A stretch of DNA of 64,000 nucleotides from a virus, in IMG/VR virus record IMGVR_UViG_3300032289_001838, positions 17,590 to 81,589 of that record, one strand, 5' to 3'. Positions 19,505-30,608 of this stretch are shown here, piece by piece (the first letter of the stretch is position 1; the number at the start of each line of letters is the position of its first letter). A program made the translations under genes and the position numbers. The notes below the pieces were generated by a model. The model worked only from the letters and a program-made list of their open reading frames with translations, made no database searches and was not told the origin of the DNA.

Positions 19505-21967
19505 CTACTTGTTTTCGTATACAAACAAAACGTCGTCGTATCTGTTTTTAATATGTCTTAAATCGATAAATTTAGAATTTGGAATTTTTTGTGAGAGATT
19601 AAAAAAATAATCATAAGCCTCCGGTGCAATATCTTCAATGACCAAAATTCCTCCTGGATTGAGCCTATCTTTAAATAACTCCCATGATTTTATTTGATGT
19701 TCTAATGTATGACTCGCGTCATCGAGAACGACATCAAACATTATTGGTTTTAATATAGATTTGTCACAATTGCTTATATCTTTACATATTAACGTAACAT
19801 TATTATCTCTAACAAGATCGTACCGTAACTCTTGAAGTGTAATATCTATGCCATAGATACTTGATTTATTTCCAAAATATTCTTTCCAAAGCTTTATACT
19901 TCCACCATGACAAAAGCCAATTTCCAATAGATTGATGTCTTTGTTTCTGAATTTAGAAAATAAATCTTCATATGTGTCTAGATATGAATGCAGCCAAAGT
20001 TTGTCTGTATGAAAGTTGTTTATATTTTGAATTTCGGTTAGTGTAAGTGGATTTAGTTTAACATCTTTACACGCATAAAGAAAACTGCAATTTTTGAAAA
20101 GATTATCGCCGAATTTAACAGAGTATCCTTTTTCTTTTAATTTTTCGGATAATGTCTTTACTCCTATAGATTTGTCCATGGATTCCACATCATGATATTC
20201 AATTATAAAACTATTTACTTTATCAAAGACATCATCTTCCATATGTCCAATAAGTTCATATTCCATGCCTTCGATGTCAATTTTTATTAAATCTACTTTT
20301 TCAAGATTATGTTGCGTTAAAATTTGTTTTAATGTAATAGAATCAACGTCATAAAAATCAGATGTATTTCTCTTTGCAGAACTGACCAATGTATTATTAA
20401 CGTCTAAATATAATCTCAGTTTATCGTTATTTGTTGATACCGCTAAATTATTTAAAAATACGGAACTATTGTTTTGGTAATTTTTAGATAAACAATCAAA
20501 TGCCGATTTGTTTGGTTCATAACAAAAAACTTTTTTTGCATTTTTACACAACATGTACTTAGCAAATAAACCCACATTAGCACCTATATCAATAACAACG
20601 TTTAAGTTGTCAATATTTAGACTGTTATAGATTCCCTCTACGAAGAATTCTTTATAATTCATATAAATTGGTTCTTCATTTGTAAAATCTACAATTGGTT
20701 TATTAATCGCTATATCTCTGTACTTTATGGTTTGTTCAAATATAATATAACCATTTGAAAAAATTTGAATTAAATATCCGCCAAATGTAGGATCACTTGC
20801 GAAATGAGTAATGTTTAATGGTAAAGGCATCATCCAAAAACTGGTATTTGGATGTGCTTTTTGGAATTTTGACGAGAAGATACAAGCTTTAGAGTCAATA
20901 TCCTTAATGGATATTAATACATTTTCTAAAATTTTGTCGCCATCGTAACTGATTGTTAATTTATTTTCTTCATCGGTTGTAATAATTTTAAATAAAGAAG
21001 AAGAAGATGATGTAGATGGTAAAAACGATTTAATTATTTGTAAATTGTCTTCTTCGGATTGTTTTAACCAAGTTATATTCTTATATTTATCATACATACC
21101 ACAATACACAGGTAGATTGTATAATACTAGAGGTAAATTCCATCCAATAGCTTCTCTAATTACCAATGGACTTGTTTCTTTATCATTAGCGGTTCCTCTA
21201 GATGTAAATAAGAAAACGTCCATTGCATTATAAAACGTATCTACGTCTTTGCGTTCTCCCCACCATTTACAATTGATGGGGAAATCCTTCATTAGTGGTT
21301 CCCAATATGATTTAAAATTGTCAGCTTGATTTCCAATAAAATGAAATTGTACAGGATGATTTAATAGCTGTTTAGCATAACGAATTATTTCTGCTTGATT
21401 TTTTCTAGAAGTAAACAGTCCAACATTTAGAAAATGTATTTTATTGGGATCTAAATTTAGATTTTCAAGTGCGGATTTTCTATTTCCCTTCTGTTTATAC
21501 TCTATAGGATATTCTACCATCTCCATGGGTATACCAAGACTCTCAAATAACCTTTCTTGGTACTTGCTTATAATAAGCAATTTATCAGGAAAAAACATTT
21601 TTTGAGAAACGTCAAAACTACTATCATGTGATGTCTCAAATATTTTATATTTTCGATCTGACACATAAATCTGCTTAGCCACTTTTTTATCACAAAAGTA
21701 TTCGGGTAATTCCTCAAAATGAATAACGTCAGGATTTATATTTTTTATATGTTCAACTAAAGTACTTTTATCTTCATATAAAGTAATTAATCTTGATCCA
21801 AGTATTTCTTTGATTTGACTACGTTGTACAACTAATACTCCTCCAGTTACATCGGTGTATTCTACGCAATAAACCTCGTTTGAATCATTAAGTTCAACTA
21901 TTTTTTTAAGAAGATACTGTGGACATCCGCCTGTAGATAAATGTGGAGCTATAAATAATATTCTCAT
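19505..21967 (-). CDS. multidomain GT4 glycosyltransferase / FkbM methyltransferase / class I SAM methyltransferase
   Basis: HLSTGG, RKNQ, ETSPLVIREA; VIDIGANVG...KIDIEGME; LLEIGFCHGGS...LDDASH...IED. Confidence 0.88.
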   Translation of the reverse strand: MRILFIAPHLSTGGCPQYLLKKIVELNDSNEVYCVEYTDVTGGVLVVQRSQIKEILGSRLITLYEDKSTLVEHIKNINPDVIHFEELPEYFCDKKVAKQIYVSDRKYKIFETSHDSSFDVSQKMFFPDKLLIISKYQERLFESLGIPMEMVEYPIEYKQKGNRKSALENLNLDPNKIHFLNVGLFTSRKNQAEIIRYAKQLLNHPVQFHFIGNQADNFKSYWEPLMKDFPINCKWWGERKDVDTFYNAMDVFLFTSRGTANDKETSPLVIREAIGWNLPLVLYNLPVYCGMYDKYKNITWLKQSEEDNLQIIKSFLPSTSSSSSLFKIITTDEENKLTISYDGDKILENVLISIKDIDSKACIFSSKFQKAHPNTSFWMMPLPLNITHFASDPTFGGYLIQIFSNGYIIFEQTIKYRDIAINKPIVDFTNEEPIYMNYKEFFVEGIYNSLNIDNLNVVIDIGANVGLFAKYMLCKNAKKVFCYEPNKSAFDCLSKNYQNNSSVFLNNLAVSTNNDKLRLYLDVNNTLVSSAKRNTSDFYDVDSITLKQILTQHNLEKVDLIKIDIEGMEYELIGHMEDDVFDKVNSFIIEYHDVESMDKSIGVKTLSEKLKEKGYSVKFGDNLFKNCSFLYACKDVKLNPLTLTEIQNINNFHTDKLWLHSYLDTYEDLFSKFRNKDINLLEIGFCHGGSIKLWKEYFGNKSSIYGIDITLQELRYDLVRDNNVTLICKDISNCDKSILKPIMFDVVLDDASHTLEHQIKSWELFKDRLNPGGILVIEDIAPEAYDYFFNLSQKIPNSKFIDLRHIKNRYDDVLFVYENK

Positions 21968-21975
21968 ATATTCTA

Positions 21976-24900
21976 TTATTTATATACTACTTTACTAAAC
22001 CCATTATCTTTTTTTATTTCGATTTGTTCGTCTACCATGTCTCGCATTTGATCTAAATGACTAATTACCCAAATAAAATCAAATTGATGTTTTAAATAAC
22101 TAAATAAAGCTCCCATTTGTCCCAAATGATCACTATCTGCACAACCAAATCCTTCATCAATACAGATAATATTTGGTCTTGGCAGATTGCTAATATTGAT
22201 TAATGCTACTCTAATAGCCAATCCACTAACAAATTTCTCCATACCACTAGCCATTTCTAGTGGCCAGCGTTTATCATCGTAAACTATATTAGTCATAATA
22301 TTCTTACCATCTGTCTGTAGAGTGATGGTAAATTCAACAAGTTGTTGTAAAATGTTATTAACTTCTTTTTCAATTTCAGGCAATGTTTTGGTGATGATTT
22401 CATATGGAATGCCGTCTCGACTAATAATATTAGTATACAACTTATAAGCCTCGTATGAAGCTTCAAGTTCTTTAACTTTATTTAGTTGATCCGTAGTATT
22501 TTTATATTGCAATTCCAACTTACCCTTTTCAGTGGAAGAGTTAAACAATTTATTATTGACTAATTTAATTTCCGATTCGATATTTTTAACAATAGTTTTC
22601 ACTTCATTAACACTAACGAGTAATTTAGAATTGTTTTCAATAATATCCTTGTTCTTATAAAAAGTTTCAATGTTTTGAATTACCCCATTCAAATCATTTT
22701 GCAATCGGATCTTGAAGTTTTCATCACGTAATATTGCCGTAGACAAAACTTCCTTGATCTTTTCTAATTTAACTTTTTCGGCATCTACACGTTGACATTC
22801 TTTATAACGAGATTCAATATCTCCAAATGAATCCAACTTAGATTTGATAACATTAAATTCTTCTACTAAGATTTTGCCCTTGTTTTTATCAAGTTCAAGT
22901 TCTTCCTTAGTTTTAATAGCATCTTTTACGAATACATTGTTTACACAATACGTACAATTAGGATCATACTTGTGTTCCTCTAACTTTTTTAACTTATCAA
23001 TTTTGTTCTTAACTACAACTTTTAACTTTTCTATTTCAGAAGACTTTTTAGCTTCATCTTCCTTACAGCTTTTATACTGATCATAATCACTTTCTATATT
23101 TTCACAACTCTTCAAAGAAGAAGATAAATCTGAAAGTTGAGTTTCAATTGATGAAAACTTAGTTTTTTTCTGGTTTATATCAGTTTCAAATGTATTGATC
23201 TTAGATTCCAACTGTGTCTTTTCAGATTCTAATTTGGTGATATCAAAATCAAAATTAGTAGTTTTAATGATATTATTAGACAACTCCAGAAGTTTATTAT
23301 TTTGATCTTCTTTCTTGACCTCTAGATCTTTTATATCACAATTATACTGTGATATATTTTTATTATTTAGATCAATGCTACCAGAAACATTTTGTAAATC
23401 TTCAATTAAACTATCTTTGCTGATGTTCTTAAGTAGTGTATTGGTTTCCTTAAACTTATCATTTGCAATAGTGTATAACTGATCAAACACGGTTAGACCC
23501 ATAAATTGACACAATAAGTCTTTACGTTCAGTCTGACCCAAATCAATAAATGATCCAGTTTTACTATTTTGAATACTTAATACTGTAAGAATAAAATCTT
23601 CATATGTACCAACGTAGTCGCGAATAATATCATTCGTGCTTCTACGAGCTTCTCCGTTCAATGGAACTTCTTTGTCATTTTCTTTTTTGTAGAATTTGAC
23701 TTCAACTTTGACATTTCCTTTCTTGTCTGCTTTACCTTCACGCTCAATAAAATAATCAACTCCATTTACCTCAAAATTAAACTTACAACGAAAGCTCATT
23801 TTTTGAGTATTAAGCACGTGTGATGCTTTGTAACCCTTACTGAACTTATCAAAAACACAAAATGCAAGCGCATCCATAATACTAGACTTACCACTGGCAT
23901 TAGGTGCAAATAGTCCAATTGTACCTTTCAATTTGGTAAAGTCAATTAAGTTTCCTTCACCATAACTAAACATATTATCAAATTCAAAAATCTTTGGCTT
24001 CCAACGAATATTCTTTGGAGCTTTATCTTTTGGTATTTCCAAATTAATATTTTTATTCAACTCTTTAACTTTATAAATCAGATCAGCTGAAACACTCTTT
24101 GATAAAAGATTTTCTTCAATTAGTTTATTTTGATAGTCCACATCAAAGATATTATGGATATCAAATATTTGACCAGATTTTAAAGTCAAATCTGTTGTGG
24201 GTTCATCAATTCGATTAAATGTGGTCTCAATAATATCACACTTATTCTTAACTTCATTGATAATTTCTTTTACCTGAGATGGAATAGATTCACAACAAAG
24301 TGTACGAATGCGAACTTTCTTTGGGATGTCACTGATATCAGTTACCAACTTACCTTTATTGATTTCAATTGTATAAAAGCCATAATCATTCTTTAGTTCA
24401 TAGTGTTTATAAACTTTTCTTTTTAAATCCCACATCAAAAACCCATGACCTTTAAGGTCTTCGCCATGATTCTGTTGGATCATAGATCCAGCGTATACAA
24501 TTATCGGCTTACTTTCGTTTTCATCATATTCTTGTAGGATTTGATGTTTATGAATATCACCTAACATTGCAATGTGATGTCCATCAAATAGTTCATTTGT
24601 AATAGCACGATTACTTACAGTGTATCCAACATCAGTAACAGCGTGGTTTACTGGACCGTGGAATAACGCAATGTGATGATCGGTTTCTACACGATGTTTA
24701 GATGGAATATCCTTATATCGAATATACTTATCGGAATCATCAAATACACTGAAATTATTAAACAAGATGTTTTGATAACGATATACTTCGGTATCTTTTA
24801 GATAATAAAGATTTGGGTGATTTAATGCCTGTACAATTGGAGTTAAACAATCTAATCTTGACTTGTTTGCTAACGTAGCATCGTGATTACCAGCTGTTAA

Positions 24901-25161
24901 AATTAACGGCACACGATCCGCGCAACTTTTTAGAAAGTCGCTTCCAATTTTAACGCATTCAGGACTTAAATCTGATTTATTATGAAAAACATCGCCAGCA
25001 ATAACTAAGATTGCATTTAAAGTCTTAGCTTTGTCTAATGCATTATAAAATCTTTCAAATACAGATGTATACTCATCGTGTCGTTTTGTCAAACGAATAT
25101 GAATATCCGCAACATGCATCACACAATTTATTTTATCGTCGGTATTTTTTAATACGATCAT
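21976..25161 (-). CDS. fused Mre11/SbcD phosphoesterase and Rad50/SbcC ATPase (T4 gp47-gp46-like)
   Basis: DIH, GD, GNHD, GDIH; Walker A APNASGKS, CTYC zinc hook, SGMEK signature, IDEGFG, ISH. Confidence 0.92.
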   Translation of the reverse strand: MIVLKNTDDKINCVMHVADIHIRLTKRHDEYTSVFERFYNALDKAKTLNAILVIAGDVFHNKSDLSPECVKIGSDFLKSCADRVPLILTAGNHDATLANKSRLDCLTPIVQALNHPNLYYLKDTEVYRYQNILFNNFSVFDDSDKYIRYKDIPSKHRVETDHHIALFHGPVNHAVTDVGYTVSNRAITNELFDGHHIAMLGDIHKHQILQEYDENESKPIIVYAGSMIQQNHGEDLKGHGFLMWDLKRKVYKHYELKNDYGFYTIEINKGKLVTDISDIPKKVRIRTLCCESIPSQVKEIINEVKNKCDIIETTFNRIDEPTTDLTLKSGQIFDIHNIFDVDYQNKLIEENLLSKSVSADLIYKVKELNKNINLEIPKDKAPKNIRWKPKIFEFDNMFSYGEGNLIDFTKLKGTIGLFAPNASGKSSIMDALAFCVFDKFSKGYKASHVLNTQKMSFRCKFNFEVNGVDYFIEREGKADKKGNVKVEVKFYKKENDKEVPLNGEARRSTNDIIRDYVGTYEDFILTVLSIQNSKTGSFIDLGQTERKDLLCQFMGLTVFDQLYTIANDKFKETNTLLKNISKDSLIEDLQNVSGSIDLNNKNISQYNCDIKDLEVKKEDQNNKLLELSNNIIKTTNFDFDITKLESEKTQLESKINTFETDINQKKTKFSSIETQLSDLSSSLKSCENIESDYDQYKSCKEDEAKKSSEIEKLKVVVKNKIDKLKKLEEHKYDPNCTYCVNNVFVKDAIKTKEELELDKNKGKILVEEFNVIKSKLDSFGDIESRYKECQRVDAEKVKLEKIKEVLSTAILRDENFKIRLQNDLNGVIQNIETFYKNKDIIENNSKLLVSVNEVKTIVKNIESEIKLVNNKLFNSSTEKGKLELQYKNTTDQLNKVKELEASYEAYKLYTNIISRDGIPYEIITKTLPEIEKEVNNILQQLVEFTITLQTDGKNIMTNIVYDDKRWPLEMASGMEKFVSGLAIRVALINISNLPRPNIICIDEGFGCADSDHLGQMGALFSYLKHQFDFIWVISHLDQMRDMVDEQIEIKKDNGFSKVVYK

Positions 25162-26072
25162 AGTTTATTTGTTAATTTATATCTGTATAGTAGACTCTCA
25201 TCCATTATAACACTGCTGCTGATGGTTTGCCAAGTTTTTATATGTCCTATTTCATTTGGATCTTTTCCGTCTAGCAAAATTAGACGAGCCTCAATATCAT
25301 TAGAAATTAAAAAGTCGCAGATTTTCAAACTAGATCCCAAAGCATCATTATCCAACAAAACATTTACATATGGCGGTCTATATTCCATTAGTTTCATTTT
25401 TAACTTCCGAGACATGGTTTTACCAAATAAAGGCACAACATTATACTTTACAGAAAGAGCATCAAATGGACCCTCAACGATAGTGATTGGTTTGGTAAAA
25501 TCTGTAAACAATTCAAATCCTATAATATCTTTACTACCATCACATAGTCTATATTTGAGTTTACTGTTATAAAAGTCTCTACCACAATAAAAATTTAAAT
25601 TTCCATCTTTATCATATGATGGCACTATTACTCTATTAGCAAATTGACCGGATGTACAATATCCGATATTGTACCGTACAATTTCATGTATACTTAAATT
25701 TCTTTTAAAACAATAATTAAGTGCATGTTTGTATATTACATCGCCACTTGATTTACATAACGGTTTGAATTCATCTGGCAAAATGAGTGTTTTTTTCTCT
25801 TCAGAAACATAACTCACTCTTGTCTTATTTTTACATAAAATCTGATAGTATTCGGATGAAGCTTTTAGTTTCTTAAGAAGAGATGTAAAACTCTTACCAC
25901 TAAACCCACATACCCAGCACTGATAATATCCAGTTGTAGTATTAATGTTCAGTTTACGTTTGTGATGATTGCAGTTTGTGCAAAACACAAGTATTTCAGC
26001 GCCACCTTTTTGTACGTGTGGTTTTTGCTTAAACAACTTTGAAAGTGTTTCTATAACCGAACTATTAATCAT
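25158..26072 (-). CDS. DNA primase (DnaG-type)
   Basis: Zinc-binding CTNCNHH...CWVC; TOPRIM VEGPFD, LDND, KDPNE. Confidence 0.9.
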   Translation of the reverse strand: MINSSVIETLSKLFKQKPHVQKGGAEILVFCTNCNHHKRKLNINTTTGYYQCWVCGFSGKSFTSLLKKLKASSEYYQILCKNKTRVSYVSEEKKTLILPDEFKPLCKSSGDVIYKHALNYCFKRNLSIHEIVRYNIGYCTSGQFANRVIVPSYDKDGNLNFYCGRDFYNSKLKYRLCDGSKDIIGFELFTDFTKPITIVEGPFDALSVKYNVVPLFGKTMSRKLKMKLMEYRPPYVNVLLDNDALGSSLKICDFLISNDIEARLILLDGKDPNEIGHIKTWQTISSSVIMDESLLYRYKLTNKL

Positions 26073-26114
26073 TTCATCTCAGAATAACAGATGATTTAAA
26101 TAAAATCAAGTCTT

Positions 26115-26624
26115 TTAATTTTTATATAAACTAGCTACCACAGCATCATACATGTCACCGTTACGTTCGTCCCAATTACCCTTTTTGTTAAGAACAGTAA
26201 ATTTAATTACGTCTGGACAAAGTGATTCTAGTTCTGATTTTACAAATTGTTTTGATTTAACGCCTTTAATTCTACATTTACCAAATAACTGTTTACGCAT
26301 GGTATTAACAGATAACAGATTTACCTTGACTTTAAAGTGTTCTTCAATAATATATGAAAAGACGGCATTATGTCTAGCTAGAGTAATAATCACCTGCTGT
26401 GACGTAAAACCACCAGCAAAACTACTTAGAGCGGCTTCTAAATTAATGACGGTAATATCTTTAATTAACGGATTCTTTTCTAATTCAGATATAACAAAAT
26501 AAGTTTTTTCTTTTGTTGTTTCAAACTTTTTGGTATCAATATAACCAGCATCTAAGACTTTTCCGTCTTTACTAAATGCCCAGCCTGTTACTGATGTTGA
26601 TGAATCCAATCCTAATATAACCAT
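26115..26624 (-). CDS. RuvC-like Holliday junction resolvase
   Basis: ILGLDSSTSVTGWA, INLE, DMYDAVV. Confidence 0.85.
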   Translation of the reverse strand: MVILGLDSSTSVTGWAFSKDGKVLDAGYIDTKKFETTKEKTYFVISELEKNPLIKDITVINLEAALSSFAGGFTSQQVIITLARHNAVFSYIIEEHFKVKVNLLSVNTMRKQLFGKCRIKGVKSKQFVKSELESLCPDVIKFTVLNKKGNWDERNGDMYDAVVASLYKN

Positions 26625-26636
26625 TTAGAATATATA

Positions 26637-27131
26637 TTAACGGACAAATGAACCGTTAGTATATTTGTTACTATTAAAACCTTTGACGTATCTAGATAAT
26701 TCTAAACTTCTTTGACCTGCTACATCTTTGAATTGACTTGCACCTAATGGGGTTTTTAATCTAAAACCAGGATCTTTAGTATATAAAGCGTCTTGAAGTG
26801 ATGCTTGACCGTTCCAGTTTGTAGAAATTTTATTTACTCCGGAAGTTAATACAGGTCCGTTGCTTGTTTTATCGCTATAATTCAAAGCTTTGCTATTAAA
26901 GTTTTCTGTACCTGTATTAGCTCCAACTTTAAATCCAGGATTAACGGTATAATCTACTGACTTCTGAGTAAATCCATATGGAGCACTAACACCCTTGATC
27001 ATAGTGTTAGATCCAGCATCATATGCTGAAAATGCTCCTCCTGCTGGAGATTTAGAAAGATAAAGATCTCCTAATCCTTTAGCTAATGATGTACGATTAA
27101 TTTTTGAAGTATCTGAAGCGATTGTTGCCAT
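26637..27131 (-). CDS. hypothetical (probable virion) protein
   Basis: 164-aa ORF at end of structural operon. Confidence 0.65.
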   Translation of the reverse strand: MATIASDTSKINRTSLAKGLGDLYLSKSPAGGAFSAYDAGSNTMIKGVSAPYGFTQKSVDYTVNPGFKVGANTGTENFNSKALNYSDKTSNGPVLTSGVNKISTNWNGQASLQDALYTKDPGFRLKTPLGASQFKDVAGQRSLELSRYVKGFNSNKYTNGSFVR

Positions 27132-27157
27132 AAATGTCTATTTTATAATAAATATAA

Positions 27158-29818
27158 TTAAGTGTCCCATTTAACCACAATATTAATAGGAATCTCGCCA
27201 GTATTTTTGATTGGTTGAGCTAATTTAGCTATAGCGACCAATTCCGCACCACTATATAATCCAACTGATGTTATATATGGAGCCAAATAAGATCCAGTTG
27301 GATCCAACGAACTACTATAGTTATATCCAAAAAATTCTTGTTTTACAAATTTTTTGATCAACTTCCCTGTTTTCTGGTCCAAGAAAGAAACCATGTCATT
27401 GTAATTATTACGTCTGCAACGCGGATTCAAATAATTCTGATAATTATTTATCGTAAAATCCTGAATAAAATACTTCCAAATAATTGTTCCGTCTTGATAG
27501 TTAGCCGTGCCATCGCCATTGACATCAAAGTTCAACGTACTACATTTAGATTTTAATTCGTTTGTTAATCTATTTGCTTGATAATTTGTATAAGACGAAG
27601 AGTAAAAGTTGAAAATCGACTCGTCGATATCACCGGACACAAAATTATCCCACCATTTTTCTGAGTTATTAACCGTAATTCTGGTATTAATGTATCTTAG
27701 AATTATATCCAAGTTATCAAAATTAAATGTCTCAGTATTAATAACTCCGTAATCAAATGCGGATGATGTGATAGCAGTTGGATTTGTTGAAACATTGAAT
27801 TCGCCTGGCTCTACGCTACAGATATATTGCTTTTCATGCAATGTTATCTGACTGTTATATTTCATATACAAATAGGTATTATTTGTATCGGTTGGATCAA
27901 GTGTTAAGTTGTTTAATATGCTTCCTGTATTATTTATTATCAACTTATTATTGTTATAAAATACATTTCCAACATTAAAATTTGTTTGTAAGTCAGACAT
28001 GTCATAAATGTATGATTTACCGAATATTTTACTAGCTGCATATGAGTATTCTCCTTGTTCGTCAACAAATACTATCAGATTATCACATGCACCTGAAAAT
28101 GCACCTGAAATAGGCACCGATCCATCACAACTCAGACAGTCTTCCATCTGTAAATAAACAAAACTAGAAGTGATATAACAATCGTCACTTTGATATGATG
28201 ATGTACGGAGATACGTTAAATCAGATTTACTGCCTGATTCAGTTATCAACGGAGCGGATAAATAGAAATCGTCGTTCAACGGAATTGGCGATCCAACTAC
28301 TAAATTTGTATCTGAGACTGATACTGAATAACCATAAGCTGTAAATGGTTTTCCTATTTCTTTTCGTTTCGATATAGGATCAGTTGTCATTTGATTAATC
28401 AAAGAAGAACCGAATATTTTTCCGTTTACAATCGACTCTGTTACTTTATAAAGTAACGTTTGTCCACAATATGTTGATTCTCCAAAGTCATATTGATTGA
28501 ACGTTTTATCATAATAATTTATAGAATTAGAAATGAATAACGAACTAAATGGAAAATACGGTTTTGGAGATCCAATCAATATTTTTTTATTATAAACAGA
28601 AACAGAATATCCAAACAAATTATCTTTAAATGTTACGTCGTCTCCATATAATTTATTCAATAATTGAAATCCACTGTTAACGTCATCTGGACACTGTTGG
28701 TTGTTATACACATAAACAGAACCACGTTGTCTCAAAACATTTGATCCTGAGTACTCCCAATAAACCAAATCATTTGGAGCGCCTACGGCTAAAATCGTAT
28801 CGTATAATGAAACGGAATATCCATATCTACTATTAACTTGACTTCCACTTGGAATTAATTCAAAATTCGTATTTTGTATAGTACAATACTGTGAACTTGT
28901 GTTCTGAGATAATACTTGACTTAATTTCCAATTATTTAAAGATCCTGAATTAAAAAATAAATAGACATTAGATTGAGATAGTTGATTGCTTCCAACTACT
29001 AATGTATTTTCATTTTTTTTGTCTAAACAAATTGAATATCCAAATCCATATTGATGTGGATAATTAACGACACTACAACTTAATATTTTTTGAAGAGAAT
29101 ATGTACAATCAGCGTCTGTATATTTATATATGTAAACTGCTCCACGACCGTTATTATAATAAGGAGATCCAACGGCTAAATAATTATTGGTGATAGATAC
29201 TGATCCTCCGAATTTATCTTTAATTGATCCTGTGATAGTACAAATCGGCACATCACTTATGTGATATTGATCAACGGGTACTGAATTCTCCGGCGAATCG
29301 GCAATAATTCCTTTAGTATTATCAAATGTGTAATTAGGATTGATTTTAAATATGTCTACACATGCAAAATTATTTGAATTGCCCAAGTAATAACTAGATG
29401 ACACTCCTGTATCCCCGACTGCTAAAAAGTATGTAGATAAATCAATAGCAGATCCATAATTAGATTGATTTACTTTTAAGTTAGCTGTTTCTACAACTAT
29501 AAAATTACAATTGGATAGAGTGGCATTTTTAGATCCGCTTTCAATTATAAAAGACGCGGTTAATGCTGCACTAGAACTTTGTTCCGTGTAATATGGAACT
29601 AATGCTCCATTTTCTGGAAAAATTGTTTTCTTTAATATTCCGGCTATAGAATAGTTTGTTTTAAAATTATCTTTTTTAATCAAAAAAACTTGTCCTATTT
29701 TACTAAAACCTTCACATGCAGTATATGTGTCCGATGGAGGATTGCCTACCGCAATAAGATCTCCATTGGTAGTTACTACACTGCCGTAATTTTGGTTATA
29801 TATATTTTCCAAATTCAT
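27158..29818 (-). CDS. virion protein with FG-GAP-like beta-propeller repeats and dockerin/EF-hand-like loop
   Basis: Repeated (F/Y)G.SVS......(A/L)VG(S/A)P; DVNGDGTANYQD; C-terminus PYITSVGLY..ELVAIAKLAQPIK. Confidence 0.75.
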   Translation of the reverse strand: MNLENIYNQNYGSVVTTNGDLIAVGNPPSDTYTACEGFSKIGQVFLIKKDNFKTNYSIAGILKKTIFPENGALVPYYTEQSSSAALTASFIIESGSKNATLSNCNFIVVETANLKVNQSNYGSAIDLSTYFLAVGDTGVSSSYYLGNSNNFACVDIFKINPNYTFDNTKGIIADSPENSVPVDQYHISDVPICTITGSIKDKFGGSVSITNNYLAVGSPYYNNGRGAVYIYKYTDADCTYSLQKILSCSVVNYPHQYGFGYSICLDKKNENTLVVGSNQLSQSNVYLFFNSGSLNNWKLSQVLSQNTSSQYCTIQNTNFELIPSGSQVNSRYGYSVSLYDTILAVGAPNDLVYWEYSGSNVLRQRGSVYVYNNQQCPDDVNSGFQLLNKLYGDDVTFKDNLFGYSVSVYNKKILIGSPKPYFPFSSLFISNSINYYDKTFNQYDFGESTYCGQTLLYKVTESIVNGKIFGSSLINQMTTDPISKRKEIGKPFTAYGYSVSVSDTNLVVGSPIPLNDDFYLSAPLITESGSKSDLTYLRTSSYQSDDCYITSSFVYLQMEDCLSCDGSVPISGAFSGACDNLIVFVDEQGEYSYAASKIFGKSYIYDMSDLQTNFNVGNVFYNNNKLIINNTGSILNNLTLDPTDTNNTYLYMKYNSQITLHEKQYICSVEPGEFNVSTNPTAITSSAFDYGVINTETFNFDNLDIILRYINTRITVNNSEKWWDNFVSGDIDESIFNFYSSSYTNYQANRLTNELKSKCSTLNFDVNGDGTANYQDGTIIWKYFIQDFTINNYQNYLNPRCRRNNYNDMVSFLDQKTGKLIKKFVKQEFFGYNYSSSLDPTGSYLAPYITSVGLYSGAELVAIAKLAQPIKNTGEIPINIVVKWDT

Positions 29819-29829
29819 ACTTTATATAC

Positions 29830-30573
29830 TTATGTGGATATTGATCCATAATACAAATATTGTCCTAAACCTGTTATGCCATAATTAACTACACTTTGCG
29901 TATTAGTTGAATAAATTTCAAAATCACTGATAAAATATGATCCGGACAAATATAAATTATTATTACCATCGTCTAAAATATCAGCGACTATATCGCCGGT
30001 CTGATTGGTAATTAACACACTTAATGGTCTAATTCTATCTCCACTCTGAGTAACATTTAATGTATAACTTATAAACTTATCATCCAAATTCAATTTGGCG
30101 TTAGACGTATCATAACTATCGAATCCAAAAATATTATAAGAATTGTTGTAATTATTATAATACATTTTTTTAATAGTATTATAAACTTGACCCTGATATG
30201 TTCCGTCTAAATTGGTTGGATTTGTCTGGGTATTATAGTAAATGCTATCTACTGGATAAAATACGGATCCAGTTGGCAATTTTAAGCCAAGTTGGAATTG
30301 TGGATTGTTTTCGTTATTTATTGGTGAACATGCTAAAAATCCATCATCATTTTCTATTGAGTCATCGCAAGATCCATCATTAACTGTTGCAAATGAACCA
30401 GTAGATAAAGAATTAAAATTATAATCACATTCCGATATAGGAATAATCAATGGAAAATTATAAGTTTCATCACTTGCCAATATCAAGTCAGAGAAAATAT
30501 TATTAGCAATCTTCTCTTTTGCTACTGAAAATGTAGTGATTTGTATGTCTTGATTTTTAAGAAATTTAATCAT
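29830..30573 (-). CDS. putative virion structural protein
   Basis: 247-aa ORF within baseplate/tail operon. Confidence 0.6.
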   Translation of the reverse strand: MIKFLKNQDIQITTFSVAKEKIANNIFSDLILASDETYNFPLIIPISECDYNFNSLSTGSFATVNDGSCDDSIENDDGFLACSPINNENNPQFQLGLKLPTGSVFYPVDSIYYNTQTNPTNLDGTYQGQVYNTIKKMYYNNYNNSYNIFGFDSYDTSNAKLNLDDKFISYTLNVTQSGDRIRPLSVLITNQTGDIVADILDDGNNNLYLSGSYFISDFEIYSTNTQSVVNYGITGLGQYLYYGSIST

Positions 30574-30608
30574 CCCAATATAAATAGGAAGATTTAAACA
30601 TATTTAGA

